Of a stretch of DNA of 64,000 nucleotides, positions 39,420 through 49,793 are shown piece after piece. Each line of letters starts with the position of its first letter. Within the stretch, counting starts at the first letter, position 1. Where the stretch lies: contig CAZUDQ010000002.1 of the NCBI GenBank assembly GCA_964619365.1, positions 68,715 through 132,714 on the forward strand, given 5' to 3'. The translations under genes were made by a program, and so were the position numbers. This stretch comes from an uncultured archaeon (GTDB lineage Archaea; Altiarchaeota; Altiarchaeia; JAFGQM01). The notes under the pieces are model-generated. The model did not search any database. It was not told where the DNA came from and worked only from the letters and a program-made list of their open reading frames with translations.

Positions 39420-40763
39420 TTATGAGCTTGTCTTACTTATCTCACGTCGTAAATAAAACTCAAACCAAAGGAATGCGATAACTGCTGCTATCCAGCCTGA
39501 AATCAACATCGCTATCCAGACACCGCTGATTCCAAGGATTGGCGGAAGTACTAGCGCAAGAGGCAAGAGCAGTACTAGTGAACGCAAGAGTGTTATTGCA
39601 AGAGAAGGCATTCCCCTGCCCATTCCCTGGAATGAAGAACTCATTGTTATACCAACGCCCCACGCGCAGTATGTGAGCGCAATGACTCTGGTGTAGCTTA
39701 TCCCTATTTCAAGGACTGCTGGGTTGCTTGTAAATGTCCCTATGAATATTGGTGCACATATCCAGGCGAGAGCTCCGATTCCAAGACCAAAGATAAAATT
39801 GACGCTGGCGGCAAACCTTGCGACACGAAGTGAATCACGCGGTTTATTTGACCCTTTGAAATAACCGACCATAGCAACAGCTGCCCCACCTAGACCAAGC
39901 ATTGGCATTATAACAAGGGAATCGACCCTAAAGCCTATTGCAAGGCCTGCTATTGCCACGCTTCCAAATGAGACAAGAACAGCGTTCATTATTATCATTG
40001 ACATTGAAAGTCCCATTTGGGCAAATGCCGCGGGGAGACCTATAGTCAATATCTCAAGGGAGGCCTTTTTCTCAAGTAAGAGACCAACTCCTCTTATGTC
40101 AAGCACAGGCCCGTTTCTTTTAAAGTAAATGAAATAAGCAAATAATCCCGCCATGATTATTACCGATATTGTTGTTGCAATAGCAGCACCACTAATCCCC
40201 AAATCCATGTTGTAAATCATTATAGGATCAAGGATTCCGTTAATCACAATACCTATTAGGTGTATTATTAACGGTGTTTTTGTGTTCCCTTCACCAACAA
40301 GAATCCCATTTGCAGCCATTGAGAACATAAGACCTATTCCACAAAGGGCAATAATCCATAAATAATCACTTGCCATAGCCGTGACTGCAGCATCTGCTCC
40401 AAATGCCGCTATAATCGGATAAGCCAGTGGAATGACAACAACCATCATCACAACGCCCATGAGTATTGCAAGAGTCGCCGCGTTTGCCCCGCCGTATGCC
40501 GCCTCTTTTTTCTGACCCGCTCCAAGTTTTCGCGATATCACAGAGGTTGCACCTATTGATAGTCCACCGGCAAATGCTTGGCCGATAAAGACTATTGGGA
40601 ATGCAAGCTGCATTGCTGCAAGAGCTTCGTGCCCTAAGCCTGCAATAAAATAAGTGTCAACTATTATTAAGACAAGCTCTGCCACCATACTCAGGATTAT
40701 AGGTGTTGCAAGTACGAGGAGTCCCTTTCTTGGGTTTTGCATGAGCGAGTCTATTCTATCCAT
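39420..40763 (-). CDS. MATE family efflux transporter
   Basis: 12 TMs, VDTYFIAGLG, GNTKTPL, NGILDP, GISGAAIAT. Confidence 0.92.
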   Translation of the reverse strand: MDRIDSLMQNPRKGLLVLATPIILSMVAELVLIIVDTYFIAGLGHEALAAMQLAFPIVFIGQAFAGGLSIGATSVISRKLGAGQKKEAAYGGANAATLAILMGVVMMVVVIPLAYPIIAAFGADAAVTAMASDYLWIIALCGIGLMFSMAANGILVGEGNTKTPLIIHLIGIVINGILDPIMIYNMDLGISGAAIATTISVIIMAGLFAYFIYFKRNGPVLDIRGVGLLLEKKASLEILTIGLPAAFAQMGLSMSMIIMNAVLVSFGSVAIAGLAIGFRVDSLVIMPMLGLGGAAVAMVGYFKGSNKPRDSLRVARFAASVNFIFGLGIGALAWICAPIFIGTFTSNPAVLEIGISYTRVIALTYCAWGVGITMSSSFQGMGRGMPSLAITLLRSLVLLLPLALVLPPILGISGVWIAMLISGWIAAVIAFLWFEFYLRREISKTSS

Positions 40764-40807
40764 TATAAGGTTGCGGGTAATTTTAAGCTCGCAATAGAAA
40801 AACTAGA

Positions 40808-41377
40808 GTGGATAAAAGCGTATATCCCCCGTCTGAGGACAGTTACTTAATAAAGGAAAGTATAGAAAAATATCTCAAGGCAGCTAGTGTGAAAAAGGCT
40901 CTTGATATGGGTTGTGGCTCAGGAATACTTTCAGTCGCTCTTGGGAATCAAGGTTGTGACACATTAGCCGTAGATATTAATCCAAAGGCGCTAGAAGCAA
41001 CCCTCGCACATGCGAGTCTTGAAGGCGTAGACGATAAAATCAAGGTTCTGGAGTCTGACTTGTTTTCAAACATAGATGAAAAGTTCGACTTGATTGTCTT
41101 TAACACCCCATATGTCCCGACAGATGATTCGGAAACTGATGACTTAGAATCACGGGCATGGGACGGAGGACACGATGGCCTTAGCGTTACAAGAAAGTTT
41201 CTAAAAGAAGCTCCAGTTTGTCTAAACAGGGGCGGTAAGATAATTATTCTTGTGGCGACAAATGACGACAAAGAACCCTCTTTTGAGGGATTTGAACAGA
41301 GTGTCTTAGGCAAAAAATCCTATTTCTTCGAGCGCTTGTGGGTTCTTCTCCTTACTCCACTTCAGCTTCGCCGATGA
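40808..41377 (+). CDS. HemK2/MTQ2 family protein methyltransferase
   Basis: VYPPSEDS, LDMGCGSG, FNTPYVP, WDGGHDG. Confidence 0.9.
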   Translation: MDKSVYPPSEDSYLIKESIEKYLKAASVKKALDMGCGSGILSVALGNQGCDTLAVDINPKALEATLAHASLEGVDDKIKVLESDLFSNIDEKFDLIVFNTPYVPTDDSETDDLESRAWDGGHDGLSVTRKFLKEAPVCLNRGGKIIILVATNDDKEPSFEGFEQSVLGKKSYFFERLWVLLLTPLQLRR

Positions 41378-42587
41378 TGTGTTCGCCGTCTCCAAACGCT
41401 GCACAATACTCGTTATAAGCCATTATATATTCTGCATGTGGCCAAATTAGGGGTTCAACGACATGGACAATTCCCTCTTTGAAAAGCGGGTGGGATTCAA
41501 TCTTTTCCATCATGATTTTTTTGTCGTCTCTCATGATGTGTGCTGTTGTGTATTCTTCTTTCCAGAGGCGGTAGCGCTCAGGCGTTGAAACGTGTTCTGG
41601 AAGCTGGTAATTGTAAGCTGAATTAACGACCCATGATAAGTATTTGTTTGCGCGCCATTTCCTTCCGGTCTTTATGTAGTGCTTTGCAAGCATTGTAGTA
41701 AAGTGGCACCATGGTCCGTAACCTCCATTGTTCCGACCCCAGCTTTCAGGATAGCGGTTTAAGCCCTCAAGCTCCTGGTCCCAAAGCTCTTTATATATGC
41801 GCTCACAGGTCAGGCGCACTTTTAGGTCGTGGTCTGAGATTACATTAAAATACGCTGGTGCATAAAGTGCCGCATCAACATCTGTTACAACAGATGAATA
41901 TGGGTCGCAACCAAGTGGGTTTGAACACTGGTGCTGGATTCTGATATTTTTTATAAAGCTTCTTCTCATCGGACTCCAAAGTGAAGTACATATTGCCTTC
42001 TGTAATTTTTTAGTCTTTTTCTTTGTTACTTTGACATCAGATTTTATCTTTTTCCCAAGTTCGCATACTTCAAGAAGCCCGCCACAGCAGGCCGAGTTTG
42101 CATATATCTCAAAGCCGTGCTCAAAGGCAGGGTATTCGTGGATACTGTTTATCGTGTGAATAAGGTTTATGTCATCATTCATGTGGGAGAAAATGAACTC
42201 TGTGGCTTTCGTTATGTTGTCCCAATAATCATCAAGAAGGCTCATGTCATCTGTTTTTCTGATGTAGTCGCCAAGTGCAAAAAGCACAAGACCATTTCCA
42301 TCTATTTGGAGCTCCTTATAGCTTTTGTTTTCGCCTGATACATCATATCTTTGGGCAAATTCACCAGTTTTAAGCTGGTTTTTAAACATGAACTCAAGAC
42401 CAAGGCGTGCCTGATCAAAAAGACCCGCCGAACTAGCTCCCATAATATCTATGGAATGGTCGCGCGCATAAACATAAGGATATCTTGTTCCGGGCGGCGA
42501 GGCGTAGAATCCTCCGTTTTTATGCTGGTTTTCTTTCAGTATCTTAACACTCGAGTCATATAGTTTATTGGCTTCTTCGTGATTCAT
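41352..42587 (-). CDS. GH15-like glycoside hydrolase ((alpha/alpha)6)
   Basis: YPYVYARD, QIDG, IHE, LPEHV, PLIWPHAEY. Confidence 0.8.
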   Translation of the reverse strand: MNHEEANKLYDSSVKILKENQHKNGGFYASPPGTRYPYVYARDHSIDIMGASSAGLFDQARLGLEFMFKNQLKTGEFAQRYDVSGENKSYKELQIDGNGLVLFALGDYIRKTDDMSLLDDYWDNITKATEFIFSHMNDDINLIHTINSIHEYPAFEHGFEIYANSACCGGLLEVCELGKKIKSDVKVTKKKTKKLQKAICTSLWSPMRRSFIKNIRIQHQCSNPLGCDPYSSVVTDVDAALYAPAYFNVISDHDLKVRLTCERIYKELWDQELEGLNRYPESWGRNNGGYGPWCHFTTMLAKHYIKTGRKWRANKYLSWVVNSAYNYQLPEHVSTPERYRLWKEEYTTAHIMRDDKKIMMEKIESHPLFKEGIVHVVEPLIWPHAEYIMAYNEYCAAFGDGEHIIGEAEVE

Positions 42588-42631
42588 TTTGGGCTTATTG
42601 GCGTAAAGTTAAGGTCTTCTGATTTAAAAAT

Positions 42632-43120
42632 TTATAGATAAACACTCACACGTTCATATTTGTCGAGAAGTTTTGATATCTCGGTATCTGAATGTTTTAG
42701 CTCTTTTATGTACTTCTCATTAAGCTTTTTTGGACAGAGCGCCCCCTTTGCCCCAAGGTCTATTAAATCATTTTTTCCGGCAAGTTGCGCGCGTTTTTTC
42801 CGATAGGCATAACCAAGCGGCGCAAAGACATTCATTGAGATATACTTATCCCCATTTTCAAAGGGCACAAGATAGTCTTTTGCATTTTTATCGCTGGGGT
42901 TTACTTCTTCTAAAAATTCAGAGATTTTTTGTGAAAATAAGTCTTCTTCAAAAAGATAGAGATTTCCTGTTTCTCTGCCCATTAGCGCAGGCCCTTCTAT
43001 TTCGGCAAGCTTCTCACCTATCGCATCAAGCATACTGATTGTATCTAGGTCACCAAGATTTTCTCTCATCTCTGATATTGCAAAGACAAAGGCCTTTGTC
43101 ATTGTTCTTCTGCGAAGCAT
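42632..43120 (-). CDS. Hypothetical protein
   Basis: Co-oriented ORF within the solute operon. Confidence 0.55.
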   Translation of the reverse strand: MLRRRTMTKAFVFAISEMRENLGDLDTISMLDAIGEKLAEIEGPALMGRETGNLYLFEEDLFSQKISEFLEEVNPSDKNAKDYLVPFENGDKYISMNVFAPLGYAYRKKRAQLAGKNDLIDLGAKGALCPKKLNEKYIKELKHSDTEISKLLDKYERVSVYL

Positions 43121-43134
43121 TTTTACGGGTTAGT

Positions 43135-43938
43135 TTATTTTTTTGTTAGCTTGAGTAGTTCCTCGTTCCAGCCGAGGGGTCCTGGTGCATTTGCCTTTAT
43201 GAGCCCATCGCACTTAACTCGCGGGTCATAACTTCCATTTTTCTTTTGGACAAGTATAGAAATATCAACCGCTTTTAGCATGGGTGCGTCGTTAAGTGAG
43301 TCGCCAATACCAACAGTCTTTATTTTTTCTCCTTTGACAGCAGCTTCCTTAAAAAGCTCAGTAAGAATTCGTACAGCTTCCCCCTTATCGTTTTGTCCCA
43401 TTATGTGCCAGAAGCGCCCGCCGCGCGTCCAGTTAAGACCTATTGTGCCAATTGCGTTCTGTAAGCCTTTTTCATCACCGTCGAAAAAAAATGCTTCGTC
43501 AAACTCTCTTTCTTTGGCAAGGATGGCTTCTTTTTCAGGGAGGCCTGTTGCTTTCATAACACCTTCAACTGTGAGATCTCCAAATCCTTCTATTAGGCCA
43601 AACTCAGTTAACTTGCCAAGTTCTTTTCTTATTGATTCGTAAGGAGTTCCAAGGCGGATTATCTTATACTCGTCAGTTTCCTTGTCAAATTCAAAATCTA
43701 TATTAAAATAATCCTTGGGTATAAAGATTCCCCCGCCGTTCTCAGAGATAAAGGGTCCTGTGAGTCCCATTTTCTTCCTGTAAACTTCGATTTCAGAACG
43801 AGTCTTTGAAGTACACGGGATTATCGGTATCTGTTTTCTTTTAAGTTTTGTAATGGCAGGCTTTGCCTGAGTCCAAGAATAGGTGTCATGGTCTATTAAG
43901 GTTCCGTCAAGGTCAGTGAATATTATTAATTCTTCCAT
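43135..43938 (-). CDS. Mannosyl/glucosyl-3-phosphoglycerate phosphatase (HAD IIB)
   Basis: FTDLDGTL, TSKTRSE, ENGG, GGRFWH, GDSLND. Confidence 0.9.
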   Translation of the reverse strand: MEELIIFTDLDGTLIDHDTYSWTQAKPAITKLKRKQIPIIPCTSKTRSEIEVYRKKMGLTGPFISENGGGIFIPKDYFNIDFEFDKETDEYKIIRLGTPYESIRKELGKLTEFGLIEGFGDLTVEGVMKATGLPEKEAILAKEREFDEAFFFDGDEKGLQNAIGTIGLNWTRGGRFWHIMGQNDKGEAVRILTELFKEAAVKGEKIKTVGIGDSLNDAPMLKAVDISILVQKKNGSYDPRVKCDGLIKANAPGPLGWNEELLKLTKK

Positions 43939-43948
43939 TTTAATTTAG

Positions 43949-45370
43949 TTACGGGCCATGCGCTTCAGCGTAGTCTTCTATTATCTGTTTTGAGCGGTCC
44001 ACATAAATTGATGAGAATATCACACCTGAAGTGAATTTGTTTATCCTTTGCCTGAGGGAAAGCTTTAAATTCTGGTAGGAATACCCATTTTCAAGATTCG
44101 TCTTTTTTGCGATGTCACGCCAGGCATGGAGGAGTTTTGGCTCACTATCCCTGTTCCACGCGGCTTTTAATATGCCCGTAAATTCAATTGCGCGCTCTTC
44201 GTCAACCTTAGCGTCTTCCTTAGTATAAACAAAATCTTTATATTCTGATGCCTTCTTTACAAATTCAGGGATTATGTCTTTTGCCTCTTTTGAATATAAT
44301 TCACACAGCGTATCTATATCTATATCCTTTTTGTATTTTTGAGCCCAAAATTTTAGTGCCGAACTAGCCTCTTCCATCATAGCCTTTACATGGTCATCGT
44401 CTCCTGGAATATGTTGATAAACCCCCAGGTCGACCTGAGCTATTTTATCCATTCCAAAATTTTCATGCAACTGGCAAAGTACTGAGGTTTCTATGTCATA
44501 GCCATTTGAGAATTGAATCTCCTTAAGTGCATCGATTGAAAAGGCGCATTCACCTGAAACTGGATAACCTATTTCATCAAGTCCAGAGAATTCATTCATC
44601 TTTTTAAGCGCTCGGAAAAGTGGTATCATTCCTATTCTTGCTAGCCGTCCCCCAAAATGAAAACCGTCCTTTTTTACGTTTTTCCGAACGTATGTTGCCT
44701 TAGTGAAGACTATATCTGGATTGCATTTGTATGTTGTGCTATTCGCATGCCAGCCGTCAAGGATGGGTTTACAGAGCGCCTCGACATAAAACTTCCTAAA
44801 GCTCTTAATATCAGAATCAACAAAACAGATTATGTTCCCATAAGTTACGGGAATTGAATACCAAAGACCTGCACCTTTGCCCTTTTTTAGGGTTTCTATC
44901 TCATCTTCTGTTAAGAGCTTGTGGTTGAGGAAAATCTTATGCAAAAGAGGGTCAAGCTGGGAGAGGAATCTTATTGAAAAGTCAAAACGCCCTTCCATGG
45001 ACTTTTGCTTCCCTTCAGGCATAGAACGCACAAAATCCACTTCACGCTTAAAAGTTGTACACTCGTTAACACAAAGGGCAAGGAGGTAGCGCATGAATTC
45101 AAAATCTGGCATCCCTTTGCTATCACGCGAGCCGTCAACAATAACTATCTCATCAATAGCTCCCCTGTCAATGAGCTTTGAAAGCTTTCGTATTACCATT
45201 TGCATGGTCTCAATATACTCTTCAGAGCCGTTGTTAAACGTGGGAAGAACAACAGAGATTATTACGGGGTTAACTCCCGCTTCACGATAGACATTAGATG
45301 AAAGCTTTGCTTCTTCAAGGTCCTTTTCACTGATTGACTTAGATTCAGAGAATGGGATAGTCTTGACCAT
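43949..45370 (-). CDS. Glucosyl-3-phosphoglycerate synthase-like glycosyltransferase (GT81-like)
   Basis: ISVVLPT, GKGAGLW, FVDSDI, GGRL, YPVSGE, GYDIET, AQVDLG..QH. Confidence 0.75.
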   Translation of the reverse strand: MVKTIPFSESKSISEKDLEEAKLSSNVYREAGVNPVIISVVLPTFNNGSEEYIETMQMVIRKLSKLIDRGAIDEIVIVDGSRDSKGMPDFEFMRYLLALCVNECTTFKREVDFVRSMPEGKQKSMEGRFDFSIRFLSQLDPLLHKIFLNHKLLTEDEIETLKKGKGAGLWYSIPVTYGNIICFVDSDIKSFRKFYVEALCKPILDGWHANSTTYKCNPDIVFTKATYVRKNVKKDGFHFGGRLARIGMIPLFRALKKMNEFSGLDEIGYPVSGECAFSIDALKEIQFSNGYDIETSVLCQLHENFGMDKIAQVDLGVYQHIPGDDDHVKAMMEEASSALKFWAQKYKKDIDIDTLCELYSKEAKDIIPEFVKKASEYKDFVYTKEDAKVDEERAIEFTGILKAAWNRDSEPKLLHAWRDIAKKTNLENGYSYQNLKLSLRQRINKFTSGVIFSSIYVDRSKQIIEDYAEAHGP

Positions 45371-45457
45371 TGCCTAAATTAAGGGCGCCTAGCTAAAAAA
45401 CTTGCTTTAGCTAACAAGGCTTTTATAATTTTAAGCGAAATACTTAACTATTAAAAA

Positions 45458-46282
45458 ATGCCAAAGCCAAAAACAAAAAAAATTGCATATAAAATAGCAC
45501 CAAGGAACTCACAAACCTTGCCAGCTAAAAATAGGCACACTAAGCTTTGGGGCCTAAATGTTCTTAAAGAGGTTGCAAAGGGCGACCCGCGCTGGACTAT
45601 TCCCAAACACCATGTATTAACATCAATTTCTGAATTGGAAAAAAAGCATATAGCAGATGCCAGGAGAGTACTTATAAGGACTGATGAAAATGGAGCTTAT
45701 TACACTGATTACAATTATCCAAGCATGCCACGTAATGAGCTTAAATTTGCTAGATATGAACCGATGTGGATTCGTACTATGCGAACCAAAAAACTCATGG
45801 AAAAGATGAATGTGGACTTACATACCAAAGATAATCCTGAAGTGGCAAAAGATTTTTCTGAAAAAGGAGCCAAGTTTCTTTTATTACCAACAAAGGCGAG
45901 GTCAGAAATCAAATCGTTTGGTAGCATAGCATACATTAACAAAACCAATCCTGTAAGTGTAGTTTATCATTCACAACCTTTTTCAAAAGAGCACAGCGAG
46001 CATATGAGGACACACACGTTAGATACTAATGTATTTAGTCTGAATTTTGCAAAAGACGGGAATATCTCTGAAAGCGAAATTAAAAAATCCTCCAGACTTA
46101 CAGATTCACAAAATATGGATTCTGAATCTGCAAGAGAACTTATGCTAAAACTGCTCAAATCAGGCAAATTAGATACAAAAAAAGGTACGATTGCCGAGCT
46201 TTTCTTCCTTCGTTGGAAAGGTGCTAAGCCAGGCAATCTGGAATTTTATGACTTAGGTCACGAAAAATATGTTAACCCATAA
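45458..46282 (+). CDS. Hypothetical protein, paralog 1 (MPKPK start)
   Basis: Shares HTKLWGLNVLK, LIRTDE, MPRN, LEFYDLGH with the next gene. Confidence 0.7.
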   Translation: MPKPKTKKIAYKIAPRNSQTLPAKNRHTKLWGLNVLKEVAKGDPRWTIPKHHVLTSISELEKKHIADARRVLIRTDENGAYYTDYNYPSMPRNELKFARYEPMWIRTMRTKKLMEKMNVDLHTKDNPEVAKDFSEKGAKFLLLPTKARSEIKSFGSIAYINKTNPVSVVYHSQPFSKEHSEHMRTHTLDTNVFSLNFAKDGNISESEIKKSSRLTDSQNMDSESARELMLKLLKSGKLDTKKGTIAELFFLRWKGAKPGNLEFYDLGHEKYVNP

Positions 46283-46291
46283 GCTAAAAGA

Positions 46292-46984
46292 ATGCCAAAA
46301 CCAAAACAGCGCAGACACACTAAGCTTTGGGGGCTAAATGTCCTTAAAGATGTTGCAAAGGGCGACCCGCGCTGGGTTATTCCGCACCATCATGTTTTAA
46401 GCCACCCGTCTGAACTAAAAAAAGAACATATAAACGGCACTAGAAGAATACTTATCAGGACCGATGAACTCGGTAATCATTATTCTATGTTTGATTGGCC
46501 TGATATGCCGCGCAATGATGTTGATTTTGAAAAACACGAAAGCGAGCAAGATCGCCTGATACGTGTACGCCGGCAGATGGAAAAAATGCATGAATTTACA
46601 AACTCATTCAATGAGTCTCCAGAGGCGGGGAAACTGGCAAAAGAACGATTTAAATTCCTGCTTTTACCTACAAGACCAAAGAGCGAAATTGAGGAATTTG
46701 GTTCGGTATCTGTATATAACCCAATCGAAAAACCCAAGCGCATTGAGCTCTACACACAGCCATTTAAACATATAAATCCTAAGCTACTCGCATTGCACAT
46801 AGCTCGAACTCCGTCTTATTCAAAATCAGCAGAAAAACTAATGTCAAAATTACTAAAGTCGGGCAAATTAAATCTTAGTCCTGGGTCAGAAACCAAACTT
46901 CAGTTCCTTCGCTGGAAAGGCGATGCTCCTGGGAAACTAGAGTTCTATGACCTTGGCCACTACAAAAAAGCCGATAAAGACTAG
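46292..46984 (+). CDS. Hypothetical protein, paralog 2 (MPKPK start)
   Basis: Tandem duplicate of 45458-46282. Confidence 0.7.
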   Translation: MPKPKQRRHTKLWGLNVLKDVAKGDPRWVIPHHHVLSHPSELKKEHINGTRRILIRTDELGNHYSMFDWPDMPRNDVDFEKHESEQDRLIRVRRQMEKMHEFTNSFNESPEAGKLAKERFKFLLLPTRPKSEIEEFGSVSVYNPIEKPKRIELYTQPFKHINPKLLALHIARTPSYSKSAEKLMSKLLKSGKLNLSPGSETKLQFLRWKGDAPGKLEFYDLGHYKKADKD

Positions 46985-47382
46985 ATCCTCTTTATACCCT
47001 TTAGCTCTTCGGCAAACATCTTGCCCTTTTCATCGATTTCTGCTATTCCTTTTTTCGATTCAGTAGTGTCGATTATTTCAAGCTGTTTTTTGACAAGAGT
47101 AGTAAACACATCCATGATATTTACAAACTTGTTTGTCATAACATCAGAGCGGCGTGTCACCCACATCATAATTCCGTAAAACGAAAGACACAAACCAAGA
47201 ACCAAAAGCACTAGAGAGATAATCCCCATGTTGCTTGCCATTGCAGGGTCTAATATCTTTTTTTGCGCCCAGTCTAGATTAGAAAGACTTGAGGCCACAC
47301 CCCAAAAAGCGAGCATTAAACCTATTACCAAAAGTGCCGAGACCTTAAATTCGATAGTTTTTATCCTGGTTGAAGCTTTCAT
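46981..47382 (-). CDS. Two-TM membrane protein
   Basis: Two hydrophobic helices and a soluble tail. Confidence 0.6.
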   Translation of the reverse strand: MKASTRIKTIEFKVSALLVIGLMLAFWGVASSLSNLDWAQKKILDPAMASNMGIISLVLLVLGLCLSFYGIMMWVTRRSDVMTNKFVNIMDVFTTLVKKQLEIIDTTESKKGIAEIDEKGKMFAEELKGIKRI

Positions 47383-47488
47383 TTTATTTACCGCCCTTTT
47401 GATATGATTATGGGATTAGGAATAAAAGTACAATAAAAATACAACATAAGTGTTTTAATAAACTAACAAGTAATTTTTCAAGATAAAA

Positions 47489-48298
47489 ATGAACCCAAAT
47501 CTTATGAGTAATCTGCTTTTGACCGGAACGACACTACAGACAATAGAACAAGAACTTGTCGCCCAGTTTTCATTCCTTGCATTTTGGATAATTTCAATGT
47601 TTTTTGGTCCAGGTATGGCGATGGCTTATGGGATTGAGCATAACTTCAGGCCCCTTACCTCAATTGCAATTCTTTTTGTTTTGGAACTAATTGCAATAGT
47701 CATAGTATATAAAATTCTTGAACGCCTCCCACTAGAAAAAAGATACACGAATAAATATGTAAACAAAATCCTTGACGAGGTTGACCCACATGGTAAAGGA
47801 ACTATTGCCAAGATGGGTGATTTTTCAACTAAACTAAAGATTCGCTGGGGTGAGGTAGGATTTATGGCGGCATTGGTTCTTTTAACAATAGCCTACGGTG
47901 TTTATGTGGGCGCAGTCTTTGCCTATTTTATAAGGTTGACTTTAAGGGACTCTATATTCGCATTAACTGTTGGTGCCTTTGCAGGTCTTACTATATGGTA
48001 TGGCATTGAGTTTTTTGTTCCGGCATTTGCCCCGGTGCTGTTTGTCATAATGACTGGCGGCGCAATATGTATGCTCCTTTATGGTTATGTGCAGCGTAAC
48101 GAGCGCATAAAAAAGATGGTAATCAAAATAGTCGAAAACGAAAAGAAGAATACAGTTGCAGCAAAAAGGAAGTTAGGGGAAGCCAAAACTAAGTCAAAAA
48201 GGGTTGGCGAAAATGCCAAAGCAGATGCTAAGAACTTAGGATCTAAAGTCAAAGAAGATTTAGGTAAAGTCAAATCTAAAGTAGAAAAGGATCTTTAG
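47489..48298 (+). CDS. Membrane protein with Lys-rich amphipathic tail
   Basis: About 5 TMs; C-terminal LEA-like repeats. Confidence 0.6.
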   Translation: MNPNLMSNLLLTGTTLQTIEQELVAQFSFLAFWIISMFFGPGMAMAYGIEHNFRPLTSIAILFVLELIAIVIVYKILERLPLEKRYTNKYVNKILDEVDPHGKGTIAKMGDFSTKLKIRWGEVGFMAALVLLTIAYGVYVGAVFAYFIRLTLRDSIFALTVGAFAGLTIWYGIEFFVPAFAPVLFVIMTGGAICMLLYGYVQRNERIKKMVIKIVENEKKNTVAAKRKLGEAKTKSKRVGENAKADAKNLGSKVKEDLGKVKSKVEKDL

Positions 48299-48358
48299 AA
48301 ATTTAAGTTCAATAGAACCTGAACCTTATTTATATCTTCTGCTCGAGTAATCTTAAAA

Positions 48359-49786
48359 ATGGAAAGAAGAGTAATGATTTCAAATGTTTTGGGGTTCACA
48401 ATACTTATTGTGGGTATCATCGTTCTTTGGTCCTACTATGTAGGGTCCACAGAAGATGCGATGACAGAAAAAGCGATAACAAATTTTGAAGAATGTGCAA
48501 ATGCAGGATATCCTATAATGGAGTCTTATCCTGAACAGTGTTGCACATCCGAAGGACAGTGTTTTACAAACGGGAAGCAAAACGTTGAGCCACCTATTGT
48601 TAAACCAATTGGACCAGACCTCCCTATTGCATCTGATGATGAAGTAAAAAGTATCTCAGATTCAATAAACAAATTCAGTTTTGACATGTATGATCAATTA
48701 GCCCCGAGTGGAAAAAACATATTCTACTCCCCTTTTAGCATACACGACGCTCTCACTATGACTTATGAAGGTGCGCGCGGAGAAACCGCAACTGAGATGG
48801 AAAACGTACTCTCTCTCCCTGTCGATAAAGTCAATCTGAATCCGTCATATAAGTCACTTTTAGAATCACTTAAAGGCGATAACACCTTTGATCTTTCAGT
48901 AGCCAATGCAATTTGGCCAGAAAAAGACTACGCGTTCCTTCCAGAATATATCTCAATTGTCGAGGATTATTATCTTGCAGAGACAAAGCCCATGGATTAT
49001 AAGAACGATCCAGCTGGCGCAGTAAAAGAGATAAATGATTGGGCCAAAGAGGAAACAAACGGCAAGATAAAAGACCTGCTCCAGCCAAGTGATGTAAATC
49101 CGATGACGCGCATGGTTCTTACAAATGCCATATATTTCAAGGCTGACTGGATGACTAAGTTTAAAGGTATTGACACCTTGAATATGACCTTTAATACGTG
49201 CCAAGGAAAAACGTCAAAAGTTCCGATGATGCGCATGTGGGACGAGTCCTTCCCTTATACAGAAGGCGAGGGATGGAAAGCAATATCGCTTCCCTATAAA
49301 GGAGACAAGACAAATATGCTAATAATCCTGCCTGATGACATGTCAGCCTTTGAAGCTGGACTAGATGAAGCAAAATTCAATGAAATCAAAACTAGCCTTT
49401 CAAATACACCGCTAGATGCAATCATGATACCAAAATTCAAGCTTGAAACTGAATACAGGCTTTCAGATGTTTTAAAAGCGATGGGTATGCCCCTAGCATT
49501 TACTTTTGGCCCCGCAGACTTCTCAGGAATGGATGGAACACGGATGCTTTATATAAGCGATGTAGTACACAAAGCTTTTGTCGATGTTGCAGAAAACGGT
49601 ACTGAGGCGGCTGCAGCAACTGCGGTTATAATGGCGGAGGGAATGGCAATGCCCGCCCCCCCAAAACCCAAATTTATAGCAGATAAGCCTTTTATCTTTG
49701 CCATAGTTGATGACAACTCAGGAGCAATACTCTTCCTTGGGAGGATTGTTGATCCGAAGGGCGAGAATACTCTTGAAAATTGTTAA
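48359..49786 (+). CDS. Membrane-anchored serpin
   Basis: NIFYSPFSI, LTNAIYFK, GTEAAAAT hinge, FIADKPF, LFLGRI. Confidence 0.95.
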   Translation: MERRVMISNVLGFTILIVGIIVLWSYYVGSTEDAMTEKAITNFEECANAGYPIMESYPEQCCTSEGQCFTNGKQNVEPPIVKPIGPDLPIASDDEVKSISDSINKFSFDMYDQLAPSGKNIFYSPFSIHDALTMTYEGARGETATEMENVLSLPVDKVNLNPSYKSLLESLKGDNTFDLSVANAIWPEKDYAFLPEYISIVEDYYLAETKPMDYKNDPAGAVKEINDWAKEETNGKIKDLLQPSDVNPMTRMVLTNAIYFKADWMTKFKGIDTLNMTFNTCQGKTSKVPMMRMWDESFPYTEGEGWKAISLPYKGDKTNMLIILPDDMSAFEAGLDEAKFNEIKTSLSNTPLDAIMIPKFKLETEYRLSDVLKAMGMPLAFTFGPADFSGMDGTRMLYISDVVHKAFVDVAENGTEAAAATAVIMAEGMAMPAPPKPKFIADKPFIFAIVDDNSGAILFLGRIVDPKGENTLENC

Positions 49787-49793
49787 AAACAAA

